A DNA stretch of 64,000 nucleotides, taken from NCBI GenBank assembly GCA_963848885.1, contig CAWKFR010000009.1, positions 25,074 through 89,073 of the forward strand, written 5' to 3'. Both the position numbers and the translations under genes were made by a program. Shown in pieces: positions 8,913 through 18,145 of the stretch. The stretch is from an uncultured Thermoleophilaceae bacterium. Its GTDB lineage: Bacteria; Actinomycetota; Thermoleophilia; Solirubrobacterales; Thermoleophilaceae. Below the pieces are notes generated by a model, which saw only the letters and a program-made list of their open reading frames with translations, searched no databases and had not been told where the DNA came from. Numbering within the stretch: position 1 is the stretch's first letter; each line of letters opens with the position of its first letter.

Positions 8913-9988
8913 GCCGGCGTCCTCGCCGCGGCCGCGCCCACGACGGCATCGACCTGAGCAGAGGTGAGCTCGGGCCCCATCGGGAGGGCCAGGTTCGTGG
9001 CCGCGACCTCCTCCGTGACGGGCAGCTCTGCGCCGCGGAAGGGTGCCATGGCCGGCTGGCGGTGCATCGGCGTGCGGTAGTAGCCGCGCGCCTGAACGCC
9101 GGCGTCGGCCAGCGCCTGCGCGAGCGAGTCCGGGTCGTCGGCGCGCACCACGTACAGGTGGTAGGCGTGCTCGGCGCCCACGCCGGGCACCGGCAGGCTC
9201 ACGAGCTCGCCGAGCCCGGCGCGCTCGTAGGCGGAGGCGACCTCCTGGCGCCGCCGCGTCCAGCCGTCGAGCTCGGGGAGCAGCACGCGCAGCACGGCCG
9301 CCTGGATCGAGTCGAGCCGCGAGTTGTAGCCGACCTCGGTGTGGGTCCGCTTGTCGGTCGAGCCGTGGAAGCGCAGCACGCGTGCGCGCTCCGCGACCTC
9401 GGCGGAGCGCGTGGTGATCGCCCCGCCGTCACCCAGGCAGGGAAGGTTCTTCGACGGGAAGAAGCTGAAGGTGGCGGCGTCGCCGAGCGCGCCCGCCTTG
9501 ACGCCGTCGAGGCTCCCGCCGGCCGCCTGCGCGGCATCCTCGAGCACCGGGACGCCGAGCGCCCGCAGCTCCGGGACGGGCGCCACGTTCCCGCACAGGT
9601 GGACGGCCAGGATCGCGCCCGTGCGCTCGCTCAGGTGCGGACGCACGGTCTCGGCGGTCATGCACAGCGTGTCCGCGTCGACGTCGCAGAAGACCGGGCG
9701 GGCGCCCGCGTTCACGATCGCCTCCGCGCTCGCGTAGAACGTGAACGAGGGGCAGATGACCTCGTCGCCCGGCTTGACGCCCAGGGCGCGCAGGGCGATC
9801 GTGATCGCGTCGGTGCCGTTGCCGACCCCGATCGCGTGGCCGACGCCGAGGTACGCCGCGAACTCCTCCTCGAAGGCCGCCAGCTCGGGACCCAGGATGT
9901 ACTGCCGGCTGCGCGCCACCGCGCTCAGGCGCTCCTCGATCCGCTCCCAGTGCGGCTCGAGCGATGTTGCGAACAGGGGAATCTGCAC
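8909..9988 (-). CDS. DegT/DnrJ/EryC1/StrS family PLP-dependent sugar aminotransferase (WbpE-like)
   Basis: 359 aa. Motifs: ILGPELAAFEEEFAAYLGVGHAIGVGNGTDAITIAL, FSFFPSKNLPCLGDGGAI (PLP lysine context), RFHG. Confidence 0.9.
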   Translation of the reverse strand: MQIPLFATSLEPHWERIEERLSAVARSRQYILGPELAAFEEEFAAYLGVGHAIGVGNGTDAITIALRALGVKPGDEVICPSFTFYASAEAIVNAGARPVFCDVDADTLCMTAETVRPHLSERTGAILAVHLCGNVAPVPELRALGVPVLEDAAQAAGGSLDGVKAGALGDAATFSFFPSKNLPCLGDGGAITTRSAEVAERARVLRFHGSTDKRTHTEVGYNSRLDSIQAAVLRVLLPELDGWTRRRQEVASAYERAGLGELVSLPVPGVGAEHAYHLYVVRADDPDSLAQALADAGVQARGYYRTPMHRQPAMAPFRGAELPVTEEVAATNLALPMGPELTSAQVDAVVGAAAARTPA

Positions 9989-10070
9989 GGGCTGACACGC
10001 TAGCGGGCCCCGAGGCGGGACGGGGCTCCAGAACTACGCGCCGCGACGTGCGTTATACCGTGACCTGCCC

Positions 10071-12060
10071 ATGTGCGGCATCTGTGGAGCGATAAACGTG
10101 CGCGGGGAGCCGATCCCGGATCTCCAGACGCGCCTCGAGACGATGAGCGGCCTGATCGCCCATCGCGGGCCCGACGACGCGGGCGTCTGGGCGCACGAGC
10201 GCGGCCACGTCGGGTTCGGTCACCGCAGGCTCGCGATCATCGATCCCACGCCCGCCGGGCACCAGCCGATGCGCGACGACGCGGACCGGTGGCTCACCTA
10301 CAACGGCGAGATCTACAACTACCCCGAGCTGCGCGCGGAGATCGGCGGCGGCAGCTTCCGGACCGACTGCGACACCGAGGTCGTGATGCGCGCCCACGAC
10401 CGCTGGGGCGCGGCCTCGCTCGACCGCCTGCGCGGCATGTTCGCCTACGCGCTCTGGGACGAGCGCGAGGAAGAGCTGCTCTGCGCGCGCGACCGCTTCG
10501 GGATCAAGCCGTTCTACTACGCCCAGGTCGGCGACGTCCTCCACTTCGCCTCGGAGGCGAAGGCGCTGCTGCCGTTCCTGCCGGCCATCCGCACGGACGT
10601 CGAGGGTCTCAAGGACTACCTGGCCTTCCAGTTCTGCCTGGCCGGCAAGACCCTGTTCGAGGGCGTGCGCGAGCTCCTGCCCGGGCACCGCATGCGGATC
10701 CGCAACGGCCGGGTCACGACCGAGCGCTACTGGGAGGTCTACTACGACCTCGACTTCGACCACACGGCGAACTACTTCGAGGAGCGCATCGAGGCGCTGC
10801 TGGGCGAGTCGGTCGCCCTGCACCTGCGCAGCGACGTGCCGGTGTCCGCCTACCTCAGCGGCGGCCTGGACTCGAGCACGGTGGCGTCGCTCGCCAGCGA
10901 CGCCGCGCAGGAGCGCATGAAGGCGTTCACGGGCCGCTTCCCGGAGGACGGGCGCTACGACGAGAGCGAGTACGCGCGCGAGCTGGCCGGCTCGAAGGAG
11001 CTCGACCTGCACCAGATCGACATCGACGTGAGCGACTTCCTGGGCTCGATCGAGCACGTCGTCTACCACCTGGACTACCCGACGGCCGGGCCCGGGCTCG
11101 TTCCCGCAGTACATGGTCTCCGAGGCCGCGGCGCGCGAGTCGAAGGTGATCCTCGGCGGCCAGGGCGGCGACGAGATCTTCGGCGGCTACACGCGCTACC
11201 TGATCGCCTACTTCGAGCAGTGCATCAAGGCCGCGATCGACGGCACGACGCACAGCGGCAACTTCGTCGTCACCTACGAGTCGATCATCCCCAACCTCGT
11301 CTCCCTGCAGAACTACAAGCCGCTGATGAAGGAGTTCTGGAGCGACGGCCTGTTCGAGGACCTCGACGCGCGCTACTTCCGCCTGATCAACCGGGCGCCG
11401 CACCTCGCCGGCGAGGTCAACCTCGAGCTGCTGGGGGACTACTCGCCGTTCGCCACGTTCCAGGAGATCTTCAACGGGCACAACGTGGGGCACGAGTCGT
11501 ACTTCGACAAGATGACCCACTTCGACTTCAAGACGCTGCTGCCGGCGCTGCTCCAGGTGGAGGACCGCGTGAGCATGGCCCACGGGCTCGAGTCGCGCGT
11601 GCCGCTGCTCGACCACGAGCTGGTGGAGCTGGCGGCCACGATCCCCGCCGACATCAAGTTCCGCGACGGCAACATGAAGCACGTCTACAAGCAGGCGACG
11701 CGCTCGCTGGTGCCCGATAGCATCGCCAGCCGCAAGGACAAGATGGGCTTCCCGGTTCCGCTGCAGGAGTGGATGCGGGGGCCCGCACGCGACTACGTGG
11801 GCGACGTCTTCTCGAGCCAGGCGGCGCTCGAGCGGGACCTGTTCGACAACCGCAAGGTCGTGGACGGGCTGGAGCGCGAGAACCGCTTCGGCCGCCAGAC
11901 CTGGGGACTGCTCTGCCTGGAGCTGTGGCAGCGCGCATTCCACGACCGCGAGTCCGAGTTCAAGGCTCTGATGACGACGAAAGGAAGCAACGGTGAAGGT
12001 CCTGATCACGGGCGGGAGCGGGTTCATCGGCTCGCACCTAGCCGATCGGCTGTTGGCTGA
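10071..12060 (+). pseudogene. Asparagine synthase (glutamine-hydrolysing) family amidotransferase (WbpG-like), one frame break as given
   Basis: N-terminal MCGICG Ntn-amidotransferase domain (track ORF 10071..11720). It continues in another frame as track ORF 11113..12060 (KVILGGQGGDEIFGGYTRY...). The junction is near 11095-11112: DYPTAGPG / SFPQYMVSEAA. The 3' end is uncertain, since the open frame overlaps the next gene by 68 nt. Confidence 0.8.
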
Positions 12061-12928
12061 CGACCACGAGGTCCTCGTAGTCGACAACTACGCCACCGGC
12101 CGGCGCGACAACCTGGAGGAGCGCGAGGGCCTCACGATCGTGGAGGAGACGATCGAGGACGCGGCCGCGGTGGACCGCATCTGGCGCGACTTCGGTCCCG
12201 ACTTCGTGGTCCACGCCGCGGCCTCGTACAAGGACCCGGACGCCTGGGGCGCCGACGTCACGACCAACGCGCTCGGCACCGTGAACGTGGTGCGCGCCTC
12301 GCAGGCGACCGGCGTGGAGCGGCTGCTCTACTTCCAGACCGCGCTCTGCTACGGCACCACGCCGATCGAGCAGCCGGTCACGCTCGAGCACCCGATCCGC
12401 CCCGACTCGAGCTACGCGATCTCGAAGACCGCGGGCGAGCAGTACATCGCGATGTCGGGGCTCGACTGGGTCTCGTTCCGGCTGGCGAACGCCTACGGCC
12501 CGCGCAACATCTCGGGGCCGCTGCCGACCTTCTACCACCGCCTCACCGAGGGCAAGCCCGTGTTCGTGATGGACACGCGCCGCGACTTCATCTACGCGGA
12601 CGACCTGGTCGACGTGGTGACGCAGGCGGTGGTCGACGGGACCGGGCACGGCGCCTACCACATCTCCTCGGGGTCGGACTTCTCGATCAAGGAGCTGTTC
12701 GACGCGACCATCGAGGCGCTGCCGGAGGTCGAGCTCGACGAGGAGGTCGAGGTGCGGCCGAAGGGAGAGGACGACGCCTTCACGATCCTGCTGGACCCGT
12801 CGCGCGTGCGGGCCGACTTCGGCTGGGAGCCGAAGACGCCGCTGGGCGAGGGAGTGCGCAGGGCGATCGACTACTACCGCGAGCGCGGCATCGAGCAGAC
12901 GTTCACGCATCTGCGCGTGGGCGAGTAG
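11993..12928 (+). CDS. NAD-dependent sugar-nucleotide epimerase/dehydratase (SDR)
   Basis: 311 aa. GTG start preceded by aaaggaag. VLITGGSGFIGSHL Rossmann motif and YAISK catalytic YxxxK. Confidence 0.85.
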   Translation: MKVLITGGSGFIGSHLADRLLADDHEVLVVDNYATGRRDNLEEREGLTIVEETIEDAAAVDRIWRDFGPDFVVHAAASYKDPDAWGADVTTNALGTVNVVRASQATGVERLLYFQTALCYGTTPIEQPVTLEHPIRPDSSYAISKTAGEQYIAMSGLDWVSFRLANAYGPRNISGPLPTFYHRLTEGKPVFVMDTRRDFIYADDLVDVVTQAVVDGTGHGAYHISSGSDFSIKELFDATIEALPEVELDEEVEVRPKGEDDAFTILLDPSRVRADFGWEPKTPLGEGVRRAIDYYRERGIEQTFTHLRVGE

Positions 12929-13021
12929 CCGCGCGCCGCCGGGAGCGGGCGCGGGCGGCGGCGAACTGCAGCAATAACGGGTGGGCATCGAGCGGGCATC
13001 CGAGACCGCGGGCGGCCCGTG

Positions 13022-13062
13022 TGGTCGAGGTTTTCCGACGATATGACTGGAAACCTCGACCA
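13022..13062. promoter_or_regulatory. Near-perfect hairpin in the only long non-coding gap of the locus
   Basis: TGGTCGAGGTTTTCC - 12 nt - GGAAACCTCGACCA, giving a 13-14 bp stem with one bulge. No T-tract follows. It lies in the 327-bp gap 12929..13255, which is visibly less GC-rich than the flanks. Confidence 0.3.
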
Positions 13063-13255
13063 CACTCGGCACGGCGTGGGCGAGGAGCGCCGTTGGCCCC
13101 ATCCCTTATCGCTGCCGTTCCAGCGACGGCGGCGGGCACTGAACGCACGTGCTGCCGGGGCGCGCGGGTGGGCGCTACCGAGCGAGCGCCCGAGCGCGAT
13201 CGCGCTGCGGATCGTGCGCCCGGGGGGACCGCGCCCCTGACTACACTCGTCCACC

Positions 13256-14320
13256 GTGCTCGAAGAGGGACAGCGCATCCTCGTCGTGGGCGGCGCCGGC
13301 TTCGTCGGGTCGAACCTGGTCCGGCTGCTGCTCGACGGCGACCCCCGCGAGGTGCTCGTGGTGGACAACCTGCTGTCGGCGGAGCGGGAGAACCTGCCCG
13401 ACGACGAGCGCGTGCGCCTGATCGAGGCCTCGATCAACGACGACGAGGTGCTCGCCGGCCTGCCCAAGGACCTGGACTACGTCTTCCACCTGTCCACCTA
13501 CCACGGCAACCAGAGCTCGATGGCGGACCCGCTGGCCGACCACGAGCACAACACGCTCACGAGCCTGAAGCTGTTCGAGGCGCTCAAGGATCACGAGCGG
13601 CTCAAGCGCGTCGTCTACGCCTCGGCGGGCTGCACGGTCGCCGAGAAGACCTTCGAGGGCGCCGAGGCCACGCAGGAGGACGCGCCGGTCTCGCTCTATC
13701 TCGACAGCCCGTACCAGATCTCCAAGATCATCGGCGAGTACTACGCCAACTACTACTTCTCGCGCTTCGGCCTGCCGGTCGTCAAGGCGCGCTTCCAGAA
13801 CGTCTACGGGCCCGGCGAGGTGCTGGGCGCCGGCCGCTGGCGCGGCACGGTCAACACCGTCTGGCGCAACGTCACGCCCACGTTCATCTACAAGGCGCTC
13901 CAGCACGAGGCGCTGCCGGTGGAGAACGGCGGCATCGCCAGCCGCGACTTCATCTACGTCGGCGACATGGCCGAGGGCCTCCGCGCGTGCGCCACGCGGG
14001 GCGAGCCGGGCGGCGTCTACAACCTCGCCAGCGGAGCGGAGACCACGATCCGCGAGCTCGCCGAGCTGGTCAACGAGGTCACCGGCAACCCCACCCCGAT
14101 CGCGCTCACGCCGGCGCGCGACTGGGATCACTCGGGCCAGCGCTTCGGCTCCACCGACAAGGCCCGCCGGGAGCTCGGGTTCGAGGTGCACACACCGCTG
14201 CGCGAGGGCCTGGAGACGACCGTGGACTGGACGCGCGAGAACCTCGAGTGGATCGAGCGCTGCATGGCCCGGCACGCCGACCGCGTGCCCGACCTGCCCG
14301 CTCCGCTCGCCGGCCGGTAG
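13256..14320 (+). CDS. NAD-dependent sugar-nucleotide epimerase/dehydratase (SDR)
   Basis: 354 aa, GTG start. ILVVGGAGFVGSNL and YQISK motifs. A TACACT -10-like hexamer lies at 13242-13247, 8 nt upstream of the start, so the mRNA may have a very short leader or none. Confidence 0.85.
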   Translation: MLEEGQRILVVGGAGFVGSNLVRLLLDGDPREVLVVDNLLSAERENLPDDERVRLIEASINDDEVLAGLPKDLDYVFHLSTYHGNQSSMADPLADHEHNTLTSLKLFEALKDHERLKRVVYASAGCTVAEKTFEGAEATQEDAPVSLYLDSPYQISKIIGEYYANYYFSRFGLPVVKARFQNVYGPGEVLGAGRWRGTVNTVWRNVTPTFIYKALQHEALPVENGGIASRDFIYVGDMAEGLRACATRGEPGGVYNLASGAETTIRELAELVNEVTGNPTPIALTPARDWDHSGQRFGSTDKARRELGFEVHTPLREGLETTVDWTRENLEWIERCMARHADRVPDLPAPLAGR

Positions 14321-14327
14321 CGCCGCC

Positions 14328-15203
14328 GTGCCCATCTGTCCGAGGTGCCGGGCGGCCGAGGTCGGGTTCGAGGGCCCCGGTTGCGACAGCTGCGGCTGGC
14401 GCGTCGCCCACGTCGACGGCATCCCCGACTTCCTCTCCGACCGCGACCGCGACGGCGGCGTGTTCGGCGAGTACACGGCGCTCTACGAGCGCATCGCCGG
14501 CGACGACCTCGACGCCCCGATCCAGGCCGACCCGCTGCTCGACCTCGAGGCCGAGCGGCTGCTGCAGGCGCTCGGCCCGGTGGCCGGCGCCACCGTCTGC
14601 GACGTCGGCATCGGCCGCGGCTTCCTGTTCGAGCGCCTGCGCGCGCAGCGCCCGCGCCTGCTCGTGGGGGTCGACCTCGCCTGGCCCTATCTGCGCCGCG
14701 TCGAAGGCGGCGACGCGTCGGTCCGGGTCCTGCGCGCCAACGCCGAGAACCTGCCCTTCCGCGATGAGCTGGACGCGATCGTGGCCTCTGACGTGCTCGA
14801 GCACGTGCTGAACCCGGCCGACTTCCTGCACTCCGCCCTGGAGGCGCTGCGGCCGGGCGGCCGCCTGCTGCTGAAGGTGCCCTATCGGGAGAACATCTCG
14901 CAGTACCGGCGGGCCGACGGCTGCCCCTACCCGATGGTCCACCTGCGCACCTTCGACCGCTCGCTGCTGCGCCAGGCGATCGAGGACGCCGGGCTGCACG
15001 CCGAGCGCTTCAGCTACTCCGGCTTCTACCTCGACCGCTGGCACCCGGCGATCGCGCGGCTGCCGGTGGTGCCGGGCCTGCTCAAGAGCCGCCTGAAGCG
15101 GCGCTACGGTGACGATCCCGGCACGAATCGGATGGACCCCCGGCTGGCCCGCCTGGTGATCCGGCCGGTGGTCATCACCGCCCTCGCGCGCAAGCCGGCC
15201 TAG
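14328..15203 (+). CDS. Class I SAM-dependent methyltransferase with N-terminal CxxC...CxxC zinc-ribbon
   Basis: 291 aa. N-terminal PICPRCRA...GCDSCGW, SAM motif I VCDVGIGRGF, and ASDVLEHVLNP...LRPGGRLLL. Confidence 0.8.
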   Translation: MPICPRCRAAEVGFEGPGCDSCGWRVAHVDGIPDFLSDRDRDGGVFGEYTALYERIAGDDLDAPIQADPLLDLEAERLLQALGPVAGATVCDVGIGRGFLFERLRAQRPRLLVGVDLAWPYLRRVEGGDASVRVLRANAENLPFRDELDAIVASDVLEHVLNPADFLHSALEALRPGGRLLLKVPYRENISQYRRADGCPYPMVHLRTFDRSLLRQAIEDAGLHAERFSYSGFYLDRWHPAIARLPVVPGLLKSRLKRRYGDDPGTNRMDPRLARLVIRPVVITALARKPA

Positions 15204-16037
15204 ATGAACGAACCGCACGTCACCGTCACCGAGATCGTCCCGCCGGGCGGCTGGCGCCTGCCGGCGCTGCGCCAGATCCTCTCCTACGGCGACCTCGTCT
15301 ACTTCCTCGCCAAGCGCGACGTGACGGTGCGCTACAAGCAGACGCTGATCGGGGCGCTGTGGGCCGTGATCCAGCCCCTGCTGCTGGCCGGCATCTTCAG
15401 CGCCTTCCTCGGCCAGCTGACCGACGTGCCCTCTGACGGCGCGCCCTACGCGCTGTTCGCCCTCACGGGCATGACGATGTGGCTGTTCCTGGCCGGCGCC
15501 ATCGGCCGCACGTCGGAGAGCACGCTGGCCAGCTCGGAGCTGATCTCGAAGGTCTACTTCCCGCGCGTGATCGTGCCGCTGGCCGCGCTGGCGGCCCCGA
15601 TCGCCGACTTCGCCGCCGCGTTCGTCGTGCTGCTGGTGCTGCTGGTCGTGACCGGCCACGCGCCCGGGCCGGAGGTGGTGCTGGCGCCCGCCGTGTTCGC
15701 GATGGCCGCGCTGATCGCCTTCGGGATCGGGCTGTGGCTGTCGGCGCTGGTGGTGCGCTACCGCGACGTCAGCCTGGCGATCCCGTTCCTGATCCTGGTG
15801 CTGCTGTTCCTGACGCCGATCCTGTACCCGCTCAGCCTGGTGCCGGACAGCTACCACACGCTCTACTCGCTCAACCCGCTCGTGGGCGTGATGGAGACGT
15901 TCCGCTGGACGATGCTCGCGGACGCCCCCGGCCCGGGCGCGTCCCTGCCGATCTCCGCCGCCACCGGCCTGCTGCTGCTCGTCAGCGGGCTGTTCTACTT
16001 CGCGCGCGCCGAGCAGCGCTTCGCGGACGTGATCTGA
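15204..16037 (+). CDS. wzm: ABC-2 type polysaccharide exporter permease (Wzm), second copy
   Basis: 277 aa. YGDLVYFLAKRDVTVRYKQTLIGALWAVIQPLL and six hydrophobic spans. The ATG sits directly after the upstream stop. Confidence 0.9.
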   Translation: MNEPHVTVTEIVPPGGWRLPALRQILSYGDLVYFLAKRDVTVRYKQTLIGALWAVIQPLLLAGIFSAFLGQLTDVPSDGAPYALFALTGMTMWLFLAGAIGRTSESTLASSELISKVYFPRVIVPLAALAAPIADFAAAFVVLLVLLVVTGHAPGPEVVLAPAVFAMAALIAFGIGLWLSALVVRYRDVSLAIPFLILVLLFLTPILYPLSLVPDSYHTLYSLNPLVGVMETFRWTMLADAPGPGASLPISAATGLLLLVSGLFYFARAEQRFADVI

Positions 16038-17330
16038 GTGGCGGGCGAGGTCGCCATCAGCGCCGAGGGCATCGGCAAGCGCTACCGGCTCGGGTCGGTG
16101 CAGGGCGGCCTGCTGAGCGAGCGCATCGCCGATGCCCTGCGGCGCGGGCGGGCGCCGCGCAAGGAGCCGAGCGAGCGCGACTTCTGGGCGCTGCGCGACG
16201 TGGGCTTCGAGGTGCCGGCCGGCCAGGTGGTGGGGCTGATCGGACACAACGGCGCGGGCAAGAGCACGATGCTGAAGATCATCTCGCGCATCACCCCGCC
16301 GACAGAGGGCCACGCCTCCGTCCGCGGCCGGGTGGGGACGCTGCTGGAGGTCGGGACCGGCTTCCATCCGGAGCTGAGCGGGCGCGAGAACGTCTTCCTC
16401 AACGGCGCCGTGATCGGCATGAAGCGCCGCGAGATCATGCGCAAGTACGACGAGATCGTCGAGTTCGCCGGCGTGCAGCGGTTCCTCGAGACGCCGGTGA
16501 AGCGCTACTCCAGCGGCATGTACGTGCGGCTCGCGTTCGCCGTGGCGGCGCACCTGGAGCCCGAGATCCTGCTCGTGGACGAGGTGCTGGCCGTGGGCGA
16601 CGTGGAGTTCCAGCGCAAGTGCCTCGGCAAGATGCGCGACGTGGCGAGCCACGGCCGCACGGTCGTGTTCGTGAGCCACAACCTCGGCGCGATCAGCCGG
16701 CTGTGCGAGCGCGCGCTGCTGTTCGAGGGCGGCCGCCTGGCCGCCGACGGCAGCCCCTCCGACGTGATCGCGCGCTACATGTCGGCCGCGCTGCCCGACC
16801 AGTCGTCGGGCCGCGTGGAGGTGCCGGAGGAGGCGCCGCGGCTGGGCACCGGCGAGGCGCGCCTGCGCCGCGTGCGGCTGACCACGCTCGACGACCGCCC
16901 GCTGGGCGCGGTGCACCTCGACCAGAGCTTCCGCGTGAGCGTGGAGTTCGACGTGGGCGAGGACCTCGACGAGGCGGTCTTCGAGGTCGGAGTGGCCACC
17001 TACGCCGGCGACCGCGTCGTGACCGCCAACAGCGTGGACCGCGAAGGGCCGCCGGTGCCGCTCGAGGCGGGCCGGCGCGAGGTCTCGGTGGAGCTCGACC
17101 CGCTGCTGCTGCCCGGCGAGTTCGCGATCGACGTCGGCGTGCACCGCCCGGACGGCACGACCGTGGACTACGTGCAGGGTGCGGCGCGCCTGACGGCGCT
17201 CAACGCTGCCGAGCACGGCGAGGACCACTACCCCTGGAACGCGGTGCGCGGCTACGTGCGGCCGCGGGCGGTGTGGAGCGAGGTCCGGTCGGCCGTCGCC
17301 GACCCCCTCGCGGACCGGTCCGGTGGCTAA
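16038..17330 (+). CDS. wzt: Polysaccharide ABC exporter ATP-binding protein (Wzt) with C-terminal Wzt_C-like domain, second copy
   Basis: 430 aa. Walker A GHNGAGKST, signature YSSGMYVRLAFA, Walker B LLVDEVLAVGD. A ~170-aa beta-rich extension follows (RLRRVRLTTLDDRPLGAVHLDQSFRVSVEFDV...). Confidence 0.9.
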   Translation: MAGEVAISAEGIGKRYRLGSVQGGLLSERIADALRRGRAPRKEPSERDFWALRDVGFEVPAGQVVGLIGHNGAGKSTMLKIISRITPPTEGHASVRGRVGTLLEVGTGFHPELSGRENVFLNGAVIGMKRREIMRKYDEIVEFAGVQRFLETPVKRYSSGMYVRLAFAVAAHLEPEILLVDEVLAVGDVEFQRKCLGKMRDVASHGRTVVFVSHNLGAISRLCERALLFEGGRLAADGSPSDVIARYMSAALPDQSSGRVEVPEEAPRLGTGEARLRRVRLTTLDDRPLGAVHLDQSFRVSVEFDVGEDLDEAVFEVGVATYAGDRVVTANSVDREGPPVPLEAGRREVSVELDPLLLPGEFAIDVGVHRPDGTTVDYVQGAARLTALNAAEHGEDHYPWNAVRGYVRPRAVWSEVRSAVADPLADRSGG

Positions 17331-17340
17331 GGTGGCGGCC

Positions 17341-18138
17341 ATGTCCGCTTCCGGCCAGGCCACCACGGACGCGCGCAACGCCGCCTTCTGGGACGAGCTG
17401 TGCGGCTCCGCGCTCGCGCGCCAGATCGGCGTCGAGGACGCCTCCGCGGACAGCCTCGCGCGCTTCGACGCGGCCTACATGGCGAGCTATCCCTACCTGC
17501 CCTCGTACGTGCCCGCGAGCCTGGCCGGGAAGGACCTGCTCGAGATCGGGCTCGGCTACGGCACGCTCAGCGCGCTGCTGATCGAGCGCGGCGCGCGCTA
17601 CCACGGCGCGGACATCGCGGAGGGGCCGGTCGAGATGGTCCGCCACCGCCTGCGGCTCGCCGGCCAGGGCGAGGACGCCACCGCCCGCGTGATCCAGGCC
17701 TCCGCGCTGGAGCTGCCCTACGAGGACAACCGCTTCGACTTCCTCTACACGATCGGCTGCCTCCACCACACGGGCAACACGCCGCGCGCGGTGACCGAGG
17801 TGCACCGGGTGCTCAAGCCCGGCGGCACGGCGGTGGTGATGCTCTACAACGCCCACTCGCTGCGCCAGCTGCTGAAGGTGCAGCTGCCGGGGCTGCTGCG
17901 CCGCGTGCGCTCCGCCGACGAGCAGGCGGCGATGTACGACACCAACGCCGCCGGGGCCGCGGCGCCGCACGTCGACTACTGGACGCGCGGCGGCGTGCGC
18001 GGCATGTTCGGCGCGTTCTCGAAGGTCGACATCGACGTCCGCAACTTCGACAACACCCGCTTCGTGCCGCGCGAGCGCCTGCTCGGCAACGTCGACCGGG
18101 TGCTCGGGCTGGACCTCTACATCACGGCCCACAAGTAG
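17341..18138 (+). CDS. Class I SAM-dependent methyltransferase
   Basis: Motifs: LLEIGLGYGTL, LELPYEDNRFDFLYTIGCLHH, LKPGGTAVV. ATG 17341 follows GGTGG with 5-nt spacing; in-frame GTG 17323 and 17332 are alternatives. Confidence 0.8.
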   Translation: MSASGQATTDARNAAFWDELCGSALARQIGVEDASADSLARFDAAYMASYPYLPSYVPASLAGKDLLEIGLGYGTLSALLIERGARYHGADIAEGPVEMVRHRLRLAGQGEDATARVIQASALELPYEDNRFDFLYTIGCLHHTGNTPRAVTEVHRVLKPGGTAVVMLYNAHSLRQLLKVQLPGLLRRVRSADEQAAMYDTNAAGAAAPHVDYWTRGGVRGMFGAFSKVDIDVRNFDNTRFVPRERLLGNVDRVLGLDLYITAHK

Positions 18139-18145
18139 CAGCCGC

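Noticed and set aside
12934-12960. Short GC hairpin (CGCCGCC...GGCGGCG) just after the stop at 12928, considered as an intrinsic terminator
   Set aside because: The stem is only 7 bp with a 13-nt loop and no downstream T-tract. Such pairs arise by chance in sequence this GC-rich. It is mentioned only as part of the intergenic-gap finding.
14106-17378. 1090-aa minus-strand track ORF spanning the methyltransferase/wzm/wzt block
   Set aside because: Its translation is low-complexity Arg/Ala/Gly/His/Gln-rich with no motifs. It lies antisense to three well-supported plus-strand genes that carry clear ABC and methyltransferase motifs. This is the typical stop-codon-poor antisense frame of a high-GC genome.
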